A DNA stretch of 64,000 nucleotides, taken from an uncultured Calditrichaceae bacterium (GTDB taxonomy: Bacteria > Calditrichota > Calditrichia > RBG-13-44-9). The position numbers were made by a program, and so were the translations under genes. The first letter of the stretch is position 1. Each line of letters begins with the position of its first letter. Shown here piece after piece: positions 29,075 to 39,449 of this stretch. The notes below the pieces were generated by a model. The model searched no databases and had not been told where the DNA came from. It saw only the letters and a program-made list of their open reading frames with translations. The stretch is taken from assembly GCA_964387645.1 (NCBI GenBank), contig CAYLYM010000005.1, forward strand, positions 2,508 through 66,507. Reading direction: 5' to 3'.

Positions 29075-30931
29075 ATGGGTCTTTTTAAGCACAGCTTTTT
29101 GACTTCTTTGATGTTATTTTTGATTTTTTTACCAAGATTTGTCTTGGGTGAGGAAGTTGAAAAAACTTACTATCTTGAAGACACTGTAGTTGTTTTTGCA
29201 AACCGTTTTGAGTTACCTCTGAAATCGAGTGTGAATGCTTTTGATCTGATTGATGTGAAAGAATATTCTCCACTGGCCACTCATTCTTTGTTACAAATGG
29301 TTGACATGCTTTCTCCATCGGCTTTTGTGCTGGAAAAGAAAATTTTGGGTTTTGGTGTGGGATCGGCAGGTGCCGGACTGCTCAATCTGCGTGGAATGGG
29401 AGGTAAACCAAATTCAGGTGTTCTTTTTCTGATTAATGGACGGCCGGATTTTATGGGTATATTCGGACATCCCCTGCCCGATGTCTACGGCTTAATGGAT
29501 GCTGAACGTGTCGAGGTTTTGAAGGGCCCTGCTTCTACCGTATTTGGTTCGAACGCCATGGCGGGAGTAGTCAATGTTGTTTATAGTCAGGCAGAACAGG
29601 ATTATCTTAAGCTCCGGGTAGAGGCTGGAAAATATCGAACCATCCAACAACATGTCTCAGGTGCAAAGCATTTGGGAAAAACACATTTTCGCTGGAATAT
29701 ACTGCATCAGTCCAGTGCTGGACATATCGCTTCTTCTGGATTTGAAAGTTGGAGTGTATCAACAAGATTCGACAGACAAATTAATAGAAATTGGTCGATC
29801 AGTGTGGATGGTCGTTACGTTCCTTATCAATTTGATGATCCATCAATGGATGAAGATGTAGCCAACCTGGGGAATTATGCCAAAATCCGTCGGGGTATGT
29901 TGGATATGCAACTTCTTGGACAAACCGGGAAAATAAACCATTCTTTTCATGTTTATTCCAATTTAGGACATCACCGTTTTTATGATGGTTTCGAGTCCCA
30001 TGATTTTACCTATGGATTTTCTTCATATCAGTGGTTAAAATATTCCTCAAAATTGCAGTTTGGTGCAGGGATGGATTTGCTTCATTATGGTGGAAAAGCG
30101 AAAAACGTGGTTTTTCCAGCGGCGCCACCTAAACCCGAACTTCATGCAGTTACATCACTTGGGAGTTATCTTTTGGCTATTTATTCGCCATTAAAAAATT
30201 GGAATATGAAAGGTGGAATAAGATATCATCACGCTTCTTTAAATATAAACAAAATTTCACCTAGTTTAGGAATATCTTTTTTCCCTTTTTATAATCTAAA
30301 AATATATGCAAACTGGAGTGATGGTTTCCGACTGCCTACATTACAGGAATTGTATCTTTTTCCACCTTCAAACGAAAATCTGGATCCAGAAGATGTAAAA
30401 AGTTATGAGCTGGGTGGCGCATTTTACTTTGATAATTCGAATTATCTTGAAGTGTGTTATTTTAAAAATCACATTAAAAATAAAATACAGATCACTGCTA
30501 ATCCTGCTAGCCAACCGCCCTTCATGTTTATGAATAGCGGTAAGGTAAATCAATGGGGAATGGAATACAAATTGGTAGTTCAACCATCGTCTAGTATGAT
30601 GACGCAATTTTCTTATAGTTATTTAGATCCAGATCAGATGACTACTTACAATCCTGCTCATATGTTTAAGTATTTAATTCAACTCAATTTGACTAAGATA
30701 AAACTTATGTGTTCGGGGAAATTTATAAAAGATATTTATGCTGACAATAATAAAAATATGAAGTTACCGGATTACCATGTGTTGAATGTCGCTCTCTCTT
30801 ATCCCATTGGTTCTTTTCTACTGGATGTTCAATTGAGAAATGTATTGAATAGATATTATGAAATTTTGCCTGGATATCCAGCGCCTGATTTACATTTTTT
30901 AATGGGTGTTACTTATCAATTGAGTATGTAA
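29075..30931 (+). CDS. TonB-dependent outer membrane receptor
   Basis: GGAGG RBS; signal peptide; plug domain (…ERVEVLKGPASTVFGSNAMAGVVNVV); 618 aa beta-barrel. Confidence 0.8.
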   Translation: MGLFKHSFLTSLMLFLIFLPRFVLGEEVEKTYYLEDTVVVFANRFELPLKSSVNAFDLIDVKEYSPLATHSLLQMVDMLSPSAFVLEKKILGFGVGSAGAGLLNLRGMGGKPNSGVLFLINGRPDFMGIFGHPLPDVYGLMDAERVEVLKGPASTVFGSNAMAGVVNVVYSQAEQDYLKLRVEAGKYRTIQQHVSGAKHLGKTHFRWNILHQSSAGHIASSGFESWSVSTRFDRQINRNWSISVDGRYVPYQFDDPSMDEDVANLGNYAKIRRGMLDMQLLGQTGKINHSFHVYSNLGHHRFYDGFESHDFTYGFSSYQWLKYSSKLQFGAGMDLLHYGGKAKNVVFPAAPPKPELHAVTSLGSYLLAIYSPLKNWNMKGGIRYHHASLNINKISPSLGISFFPFYNLKIYANWSDGFRLPTLQELYLFPPSNENLDPEDVKSYELGGAFYFDNSNYLEVCYFKNHIKNKIQITANPASQPPFMFMNSGKVNQWGMEYKLVVQPSSSMMTQFSYSYLDPDQMTTYNPAHMFKYLIQLNLTKIKLMCSGKFIKDIYADNNKNMKLPDYHVLNVALSYPIGSFLLDVQLRNVLNRYYEILPGYPAPDLHFLMGVTYQLSM

Positions 30932-30956
30932 AAGAATTTACATTAGTTGTTTATTT

Positions 30957-31472
30957 ATGGATCAATTTTCTATTTATCGAAAACTACCTTTAACTGCAAT
31001 GTTGGCAGCTTTAGCTGTGGTAGTTCCAATATTCTTTCATTTGTTAGGATTGGGCAGCACTTTTTTACCTATGTTTCAGCCAGTGGTGCTGGGTGGATTT
31101 TTGCTTCCTCTCAGGCTATCATTGTCGGTAGCGGTGATTGCTCCGTTTGTTTCTTTTATTTTTACTGGCATGCCGCCACTTTATCCACCTATTCTGCCTG
31201 TAATGATTCTTGAGATGGCAGCCATGTGTTGTATTGCCAATCTATTTTATGTGAAAAAAAACCAAAATGTTTGGTTTACTCTTTTTCTGACAATTTTATT
31301 AGATCGTTTGATTTTATTATTAATTGTCTTAATTTTAGCTCCTTTGTTTGGGTTACCCAAATTTTTTTCAGTAGTAACTTTGTTTCATGGCGTTCCGGGT
31401 CTCGTACTCATGTTTCTCATTATCCCGGGAACAATTAAATTTTTAAATAAACGGTACCAAAATTTATATTAA
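30957..31472 (+). CDS. polytopic membrane protein, possibly ECF-transporter S-component-like
   Basis: ~5 TM helices in 171 aa; placed directly after the TonB receptor. Confidence 0.3.
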   Translation: MDQFSIYRKLPLTAMLAALAVVVPIFFHLLGLGSTFLPMFQPVVLGGFLLPLRLSLSVAVIAPFVSFIFTGMPPLYPPILPVMILEMAAMCCIANLFYVKKNQNVWFTLFLTILLDRLILLLIVLILAPLFGLPKFFSVVTLFHGVPGLVLMFLIIPGTIKFLNKRYQNLY

Positions 31473-31487
31473 TGAAGATTCATCTGG

Positions 31488-32114
31488 GTGATAAAACAAA
31501 TTATTGGAGAAAGTGAATTGGATCGTAGAACTTTTTTTGATAGTTGTGCTCAGAGTTGGGATTTGGATGAAACACCTGAGAAATTGAATAAACTTAGAGA
31601 TATTTTTTCGAATCTAAGTCTTTATTTTGATGGTAATATTCTGGATGTAGGTTGTGGAACAGGAATTTTAGTCCCTATTTTACGTAATTTATCCAGCAAT
31701 CAAAATCCGATTCTTGAGCTGGATATCTCCCGGGCTATGCTACAGAGAAATAAAACGCGTTGGTCTCCTCGTTTTTCCAGGATTCATCATTTAAATGGAA
31801 ATGCGATGTATTTGCCGCTTTCCGAAGGTTCTATCTCTTTGGTTATCTGTTTCGCTGTCATTCCTCACATTTCTGATAAATATAAAGCTTTAAACGAGTT
31901 CTATCGAGTTCTTACTACTGAAGGAGTGTTATTGATTTTACATTTAATGAGTAGTGAAAAATTGAATGAGCTTCACGCTTCAGTTGGAGAAGCCGTGGCA
32001 AATGATCGCTTACCATCGGCCGATGTTATGGCACAAAAAGTACGCGAAACTGGTTTTTCTCTTATTAAAAAAGAAGAAAAAGATGATTTATATCTAATAA
32101 TAGGTAAAAAATAG
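31488..32114 (+). CDS. class I SAM-dependent methyltransferase
   Basis: ILDVGCGTGILV motif I. Confidence 0.65.
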   Translation: MIKQIIGESELDRRTFFDSCAQSWDLDETPEKLNKLRDIFSNLSLYFDGNILDVGCGTGILVPILRNLSSNQNPILELDISRAMLQRNKTRWSPRFSRIHHLNGNAMYLPLSEGSISLVICFAVIPHISDKYKALNEFYRVLTTEGVLLILHLMSSEKLNELHASVGEAVANDRLPSADVMAQKVRETGFSLIKKEEKDDLYLIIGKK

Positions 32115-32338
32115 ATTTTTTAAAGCTTGAACTGAATATCCAGTGGGATAATTATAAATGGCGTCAAAACTTGAATAATCGATTGAAAGATTTGAGGTCT
32201 TTTTGAAATATTGGAAATTCAATATAACTGATTTTAAAGTAAATTTTATTCAAAATGAGAAAGTTACTCTTTTTATTCCATGTATTTAATTTTTAGAGTT
32301 TAAATATCATTTATTTTAGGATAAAATGAAGATTCCAA

Positions 32339-33325
32339 TTATTCCTCTTTATATCCCAATTTATCGTGCAAAAAATCATTAAAACTTTTTTTAGAGAAAT
32401 TTTCCAGGGCTTCACGCGCCGCTTTTCTTACTTTTTCATTGGGATGCAAACTAAATTGTTGCAATATTTCGCCCAGGTTTTCAGTCTTATTAATATTTCC
32501 AAGGGTCAAAAGCGCATAGCATAAAATATCCTCATCGTTAGAAGTTAATAATTGCTCGATTTGTTGAGCGAGTACTTTTGAATTGGATGAATAACTTGAA
32601 CTGATGGCTTCAAGAACAAGGGTTTTATCCTTTGAAAGGTCAAGGAAACGTTGAATTTCATTTATCCAGTAATGAGGAAATTTACCCATAGCTTTCAGCG
32701 CAGCTCTTTGAGTAGAAACCCGCTCAGATTCGATAAAGTCTTTTATCCATTCCCGTACTACTTCTAGAAATCCCAGGTCACTCAGGGCAATTAAAGCCGT
32801 TTCTCTTAACTCCACATCTTCAAATTCGTCTTCAATTATATTTAAAAATAAGTTTTTTACTCTTAAGTAATCTTCTCGCAACGATTCAGTTTGAACTTCA
32901 TCCCATTCCTCATAAAATTCTAACTCTGGTCCACTTCCCATTTCATCTTCAAAATTTTGTAGAATACCTTCGTAAATCAAATTTTCCATAGCCTTGATTG
33001 CTGCCTTTCGGATAGCGTTGTTACTATCATTTTCTATCAGTTCGATTAGTGTGTCCAGGATGTATGGTTCAAATATACAACCATGGGCAGCTAAAGCAGC
33101 AGCACCACGGATACGATCGTCAGGGGATTTTAGATGTTCTAAAATAAATTGAACATTCGCTGGCGAATAGTCACCTTTTTCACGAATCTCCGATAATTTT
33201 GTTAGAACATCTTTCCAATTATTAATCGACATATTTAGGCCCTTGTTTTTAATTTTTAAATAATCACTACTAATTAATTTTCTTACAGTTCCCGCGAATA
33301 ACACAATTAAAATTTTTATTTGCAA
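32339..33325 (-). CDS. HEAT/PBS-lyase repeat protein
   Basis: Repeated …IR.AAA.AL… helical repeats. Confidence 0.5.
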   Translation of the reverse strand: MQIKILIVLFAGTVRKLISSDYLKIKNKGLNMSINNWKDVLTKLSEIREKGDYSPANVQFILEHLKSPDDRIRGAAALAAHGCIFEPYILDTLIELIENDSNNAIRKAAIKAMENLIYEGILQNFEDEMGSGPELEFYEEWDEVQTESLREDYLRVKNLFLNIIEDEFEDVELRETALIALSDLGFLEVVREWIKDFIESERVSTQRAALKAMGKFPHYWINEIQRFLDLSKDKTLVLEAISSSYSSNSKVLAQQIEQLLTSNDEDILCYALLTLGNINKTENLGEILQQFSLHPNEKVRKAAREALENFSKKSFNDFLHDKLGYKEE

Positions 33326-33731
33326 TTTAAGAGAAATTTTTAAAGAATTTGGCTAATTTTTCACTTTTAGTTTAAGCGTATAAATATAAATAATATAAAA
33401 AATGTTGGCTCACTCTCTTGCGTAAATTTTATAACTTATTAAATTCTAAAATAAATCGAATTAAACGATTGGAGTTTTTATTTTTATAAAGATATGTAAC
33501 TTTCGATGATTTTTATTATTATAATCAAAGATAATGTTAATTTTAACAAATTTTGTGGGTTATAGTATTCTAAACAGAATTTTAACAAATGTTTAAATAT
33601 TGTAAATTTTTACTTATATGGAACTCTTGGGGTTATGTTTGATTATAAAACTTGTTAGAAATACTTTTTGATTTAACTTGATTCTTGTTCTGTCGAAAAT
33701 TTATATTTATTAACTAAAAAAAAGATAGGAT

Positions 33732-34760
33732 ATGAGTGTATTAAGTGACAAAGAGAAATTAGTACTTGAAGCAATTGTAAAATTTTTCATTCTAAATGCT
33801 AACCCGGTTGCATCGAATTATGTAGCCAGACATAGTGCTTTAGCATTTAGTCCTGCTACAATTCGGAATATAATGTACAGCCTTGAAGAAAAAGGGTATA
33901 TTTATCAACCTCATACTTCGGCTGGACGGGTGCCTACTACTCGTGGGTATAGGTTTTATGTTGACCACATGATGCGGAGGGCGAGGTTATCTACCGGTCA
34001 GAAAGAAACGATTAAAAAAGCAGTGTTTCAGAATCCCGGAGACTTCGAAACGGTTCTAAAAGAAGCTTCTAGAATACTGGCTCATTTATCTCAACAACTT
34101 AGCGTAATTATATCGCCCGAGTTTGATGAAGGTGTTTTTCACAGAATGGATATTACTCGTTTAAGTAGCGAACGGCTGTTACTTATCCTTTCGATAAAGA
34201 GTGGTATGGTCAAAACAATTCTTTTGGAAGTTTCATCATATCTTCGGGATGAACATTTGAATTCTCTTTGCAACATTTTAAACGAGCGTTTACATGGTTT
34301 AAAGGTTCGGGAAATTCGTGCGAAATTTCGTGAAATTGTTCAGGATATCGCTGATGACAAGAGTGGTTTAATCCCGCTTTTTAGTAAAGCAGCTCATAAA
34401 ATATTCGATTTCTCTGGCGAGAACGAAGTATTTCTCACAGGAACCCATAATATTTTGAGACAACCAGAGTTTGCCAATAGTATTAAGGTGTCTAGTGTTG
34501 TTGAGTTATTAGAAGATAAAAACCTCGTTATTCATCTTTTAGATGATGATATACCAGACCAGAAGTTAAGTATTAAGATCGGAGAGGAGATCAGAGAGAA
34601 GAAGATGAAAAATTGCAGTATTATTTCTGCACGGTATCGGATTGGGAATATGTCTGGGACGCTTGGAGTTATTGGTCCAATACGCATGGATTACAGTTAT
34701 TTAGTTCCCTTAGTAGATTTTACAGCCAATTTCCTTTCCGATTCGCTCGGTGAGAATTAA
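33732..34760 (+). CDS. hrcA: heat-inducible transcription repressor HrcA
   Basis: N-terminal winged HTH (…SPATIRNIMYSLEEKGYIYQPHTSAGRVPTTRGYRFYVD…); 342 aa. Confidence 0.8.
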   Translation: MSVLSDKEKLVLEAIVKFFILNANPVASNYVARHSALAFSPATIRNIMYSLEEKGYIYQPHTSAGRVPTTRGYRFYVDHMMRRARLSTGQKETIKKAVFQNPGDFETVLKEASRILAHLSQQLSVIISPEFDEGVFHRMDITRLSSERLLLILSIKSGMVKTILLEVSSYLRDEHLNSLCNILNERLHGLKVREIRAKFREIVQDIADDKSGLIPLFSKAAHKIFDFSGENEVFLTGTHNILRQPEFANSIKVSSVVELLEDKNLVIHLLDDDIPDQKLSIKIGEEIREKKMKNCSIISARYRIGNMSGTLGVIGPIRMDYSYLVPLVDFTANFLSDSLGEN

Positions 34761-34856
34761 TACTTTTGAAAAAAAAATTTTATCTGATCTGCCGTGACTG
34801 AATAAGAAAAAGACAGAGAAGGAAAGTCTGATATTTTTATCTAAAGAGAAAGGTAA

Positions 34857-36044
<1,188 letters not shown>

Positions 36045-36212
36045 CTTTAACATAAGGGGCTAAATTCTGAAATATTTTTTATTTTCCTCATACATGGCGA
36101 TCGACGAACCAGAAAAAGATTTACTCCTCACTTCAATTCCATAGAAAATAAAAATTATTAACAAAAGGTACATTGTATTTGAATAATTGTCCCAATTTTA
36201 GAAGAGACTATT

Positions 36213-36573
36213 ATGTCACCTTCATCTGTTGAAATCTGTAAGGAAACAATCGTGCATATGGATTTAGTGGAAAAAGTCAAAAAAAGTTTACCTGGAAATG
36301 ATAAAATTCAGGCATTAGTATATACTTTTAAGATATTAGGCGATCCAACGCGATTATGAATTGTTTTGGCCCTGGCCAGGGGGAAATTATGTGTGTGATA
36401 TTGCCACATTAGTAAATTTGTCTGTTTCTGCCGTCTCACATCAACTTCGTCTGTTACGAAGTATGAAGCTGGTTAAATTCATAAAAGAGGGGAATATGGT
36501 TCATTATTCTTTGGATGATGAACATATCGAGAAAATTATTGGTGAGGCACAAAATCACGTAAGAGAAAAGTAA
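36213..36573 (+). pseudogene. ArsR/SmtB-family regulator carrying a nonsense codon and a 2-bp deletion
   Basis: MSPSS…ILGDPTRL, then TGA (36357-36359) where Arg is expected. The same frame continues IVLALARGKLCV. The (TG)4 run at 36390-36397 is 2 nt short of what is needed for …CVCDIA, shifting to the frame of the listed ORF 36361..36573 (…VCDIATLVNLSVSAVSHQLRLLR…). Confidence 0.6.
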
Positions 36574-36700
36574 AAATCTTTTACTTATTAACATTATGCC
36601 AGTCAGGAATCGAACAAAAAATCAGTTATTTTAACCAGTCATTTTAAAGTTTTCAATATAGACTGCACGGACTGATCAGTGCATATCAAAAGAGTTGTTA

Positions 36701-36747
36701 AAACAAATGCTCGGTTATGAATTGGTCGGGCATTTGTTTTTTTATCC
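36701..36747 (+). terminator. candidate terminator
   Basis: aaacaaatgc…gcatttgttt 10-bp stem with a large loop, followed by ttttttt. Confidence 0.3.
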
Positions 36748-36842
36748 CAAATTTTATGAATAACCTATTATTTCCTCACACAAAAAACTCATCTTTGGTA
36801 ATTGAAGGAAAAAAATTTTCTAAAAAGGTTTATAAAAAGTGC

Positions 36843-36895
36843 TTGACGAATTGAACTTATGTTCATTATATTGCGTAAAATGAACATAAGTTCAA
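36843..36895 (+). promoter_or_regulatory. sigma70-like promoter (-35 TTGACG 36843-36848, -10 TATATT 36867-36872) overlapped by a perfect 16-bp inverted-repeat operator
   Basis: TTGAACTTATGTTCAT (36851-36866), 13-nt spacer, ATGAACATAAGTTCAA (36880-36895). The -10 lies inside the spacer. RBS AAGGTGG and ATG of the DUF134 gene follow at 36911. Confidence 0.55.
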
Positions 36896-36910
36896 TATTG
36901 AAGGTGGATA

Positions 36911-37357
36911 ATGAGAGGGCCATATCGGAAAAGAATGATATTGCAGCCGCCGCAATTTAAAAATTTTAAACCTGGGGGAATACCAAGTCGGTTTTTAAAA
37001 TCCATTATTCTTACAGTGGATGAATATGAAGCAATACGACTGGCCGATCATCTTGGTCTTGAACACCAGGAAGCAGCAGAGCGAATGAAGATATCAAGAC
37101 CGACTTTTACCCGATTAATTGAACAAGCAAGGCAAAAAGTTGCCACAGCATTGGTAGAAGGAATGGAATTAATAATTGAAGGAGGTAATATATATTTTAT
37201 CAATACGTTAAGTCATTGTAAAGATTGTGGTGAAACTATTCCTCAACCATTTACTGAGGAAATTGATCAGTGTCCTGATTGTGGTTCAGAAAATGTTGAA
37301 AATTTAGCCTGGCAGTTTATAGGAAGAGGAAGAAAAGGTTATAGAAGGGGACGTTAA
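36911..37357 (+). CDS. DUF134 (UPF0251) predicted DNA-binding protein with C-terminal CxxC…CxxC zinc ribbon and RG-rich tail
   Basis: …LTVDEYEAIRLADHLGLEHQEAAERMKISRPTFTRLIEQARQKVA… (sigma-70 region-4-like HTH typical of DUF134); CKDCG…CPDCG; GRGRKGYRRGR tail. Confidence 0.65.
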   Translation: MRGPYRKRMILQPPQFKNFKPGGIPSRFLKSIILTVDEYEAIRLADHLGLEHQEAAERMKISRPTFTRLIEQARQKVATALVEGMELIIEGGNIYFINTLSHCKDCGETIPQPFTEEIDQCPDCGSENVENLAWQFIGRGRKGYRRGR

Positions 37358-37358
37358 G

Positions 37359-38216
37359 ATGAAAATCGCTGTTGCAAGTGGAAAAGGAGGAACGGGTAAA
37401 ACATTAGTAGCAACAAACTTTGCCTATTTTGTTTCTAAAGAGAATCCTGTAACGCTTTATGACCTGGATGTAGAGGAGCCTAATGCCGCTCTATTTTTCG
37501 ATGCTGAAAAGAAAGAAGTTAAATCCGTTCAAGTAATGATCCCCGTTGTGAATGAGAAAAAATGTGATCATTGTGGAGTTTGTAGCCGAATTTGCGAATA
37601 CCATGCAATTATAAACTTAGGAAATCAGGTTATGGTTTTTCCAGAATTATGCCATAGCTGTTATGGGTGTTTAGAATTATGTCCTCAAGGAGCTATTAGT
37701 GAGGGTAAAAAAGAAATTGGTACTATTCATACTGCAAAACATAATAATATAGAAATTGTTACAGGTGTTTTAAAAATTAGTGAATCTGCTACTCCAAAAT
37801 TAATTCGTGAGACAAAAAAAGAATTGTCAGATAAAAATTCAATTGAAATTTATGATTCACCACCTGGAACATCTTGTCCTGTAATAGAAGTAGTAAAAGA
37901 TGTAGATTATGTTTTAATAGTTGGTGAGCCGACTCCGTTTGGTTTGCATGATTTAGACTTATTGATGCGGGTTATAGAACAATTAAAAATACCATTTGGT
38001 GTATTAATTAATAAAGCCGATGAGCAGAATAACCTTATTAAACAGTATTGTATAGAAAAAAACGTAGAAATTATTGGGGAAATTCCTATGCGCCACGATA
38101 TAGCGTGTACTTATGCCAAAGGTAAGTTAATTATAGATGAAATTGATGATATGAGTTCACTATTCGAATCAATTTGGGATAAAATAATGCAAAAAGTTAA
38201 CGAGGCAGCTTTATGA
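37359..38216 (+). CDS. MinD/ParA-superfamily P-loop ATPase with inserted 2x[4Fe-4S] ferredoxin domain (COG1149-type)
   Basis: Deviant Walker A SGKGGTGKT; CDHCGVCSRIC…CHSCYGCLELC cysteine motifs. Confidence 0.75.
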   Translation: MKIAVASGKGGTGKTLVATNFAYFVSKENPVTLYDLDVEEPNAALFFDAEKKEVKSVQVMIPVVNEKKCDHCGVCSRICEYHAIINLGNQVMVFPELCHSCYGCLELCPQGAISEGKKEIGTIHTAKHNNIEIVTGVLKISESATPKLIRETKKELSDKNSIEIYDSPPGTSCPVIEVVKDVDYVLIVGEPTPFGLHDLDLLMRVIEQLKIPFGVLINKADEQNNLIKQYCIEKNVEIIGEIPMRHDIACTYAKGKLIIDEIDDMSSLFESIWDKIMQKVNEAAL

Positions 38217-39094
38217 AGGAAATTTTGCTTATAAGTGGGAAAGGTGGAACTGGCAAGACATCGATTTCTGCTGCACTGGGAGCGTTAGCCGGAAATAAAG
38301 CTGTTGTTGCCGACTGTGATGTGGATGCAGCCAATTTACATCTGCTTTATGAACCAGAAATAACTCGAGAAGAGAACTTTTATAGTGGTAAGGAACCAGT
38401 AATAGACCACAACTTGTGTACAAAATGTGGTTTATGTAAGGAAAAATGTCGATTTGATGCCATTTATCTGGAGGATGGACAATATAAAATTGATGAAGTG
38501 AGTTGTGAGGGGTGCTCGTTGTGTTTTCACATTTGTCCTATAGATGCTATTCGAATGGAAAAGAATTTGGCTGGAAAGTGGTATTGCGCAAAATCGCGTT
38601 TTGGGAATGATTTTTTATTTGCTCATTTGGGCATAGGTAAAGAAAATTCAGGGAAATTAGTAACAAAAGTCAAGCAAGAAGCTAAGCAGTTAGCTGATCA
38701 AAGGGGTATTTCATTTATTTTTGTGGATGGACCTCCGGGAATAGGTTGTCCAGTAATTTCGTCTTTAAGCAATGTTGATGTTGTTTTAATTGTAACAGAA
38801 GCAACACAATCAGGTTTGCATGATTTAGCAAGGTTGGTAGAATTAATAGAATATTTCAATCTTAAAGCTTTTTGTGTTATTAATAAAAGTGATTTAAATG
38901 AAGAAGTAACCAGAGAAATAAAAGAATTTTGTACAGACCATAATATTCAAATTATTACTGAAATACCATTTCATCCTGTGTTTTATGAAACTTTGCAAGA
39001 AGGGAAAACAGTAATTGAGAGTCAAAATTCAGAAATAATTGACAAAATAAGAAAAATTTTTAACGAGATGACAAAAGAGGAGAATGTGAAATGA
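38213..39094 (+). CDS. second COG1149-type MinD-like ATPase with ferredoxin domain (paralog)
   Basis: SGKGGTGKT; CTKCGLCKEKC…CEGCSLCFHIC. ATGA overlap with the upstream paralog. Confidence 0.75.
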   Translation: MKEILLISGKGGTGKTSISAALGALAGNKAVVADCDVDAANLHLLYEPEITREENFYSGKEPVIDHNLCTKCGLCKEKCRFDAIYLEDGQYKIDEVSCEGCSLCFHICPIDAIRMEKNLAGKWYCAKSRFGNDFLFAHLGIGKENSGKLVTKVKQEAKQLADQRGISFIFVDGPPGIGCPVISSLSNVDVVLIVTEATQSGLHDLARLVELIEYFNLKAFCVINKSDLNEEVTREIKEFCTDHNIQIITEIPFHPVFYETLQEGKTVIESQNSEIIDKIRKIFNEMTKEENVK

Positions 39095-39432
39095 AAGTTG
39101 CCATTACCACGCAAGCAGAAGGATGGGATGCAAAAATTGATCCTAGATTTGGTCGGGCGCGAGGATTTTGGATTATTGATACCGACACTGGGGAAGCTGA
39201 ATTTATAGACAACAATGAAAATTTTGAAGCTGCACATGGTGCTGGAACAAGCTCTGCGCAGAAAATGATCGAAAATAAAGTTAATGTATTGATTTCTGGA
39301 TCAGTTGGTCCAAAAGCAGGATCGGTACTCAAAGCAGCTGGGATTAAGATATATTTAACAAATGAAAATTTGACTGTTCGAGAAGCTTTTGATCGTTTTA
39401 AGAATAATAAATTAACTGAGATGTTAAATTAA
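39091..39432 (+). CDS. NifX/NifB-like (dinitrogenase FeMo-cofactor biosynthesis family) small cofactor-binding protein
   Basis: MKVAITTQAEGWDAKIDPRFGRARGFWIID…VNVLISGSVGPKA…GIKIY, the typical DUF/COG1433 pattern. ATGA overlap with the upstream gene. Confidence 0.65.
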   Translation: MKVAITTQAEGWDAKIDPRFGRARGFWIIDTDTGEAEFIDNNENFEAAHGAGTSSAQKMIENKVNVLISGSVGPKAGSVLKAAGIKIYLTNENLTVREAFDRFKNNKLTEMLN

Positions 39433-39449
39433 AAAAAGGAGGTGTCATC

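Noticed and set aside
33326-33731. CIRCE operator upstream of hrcA
   Set aside because: Searched by eye for TTAGCACTC-N9-GAGTGCTAA. Only a loose resemblance (ttggctcactc) was found, with no inverted partner
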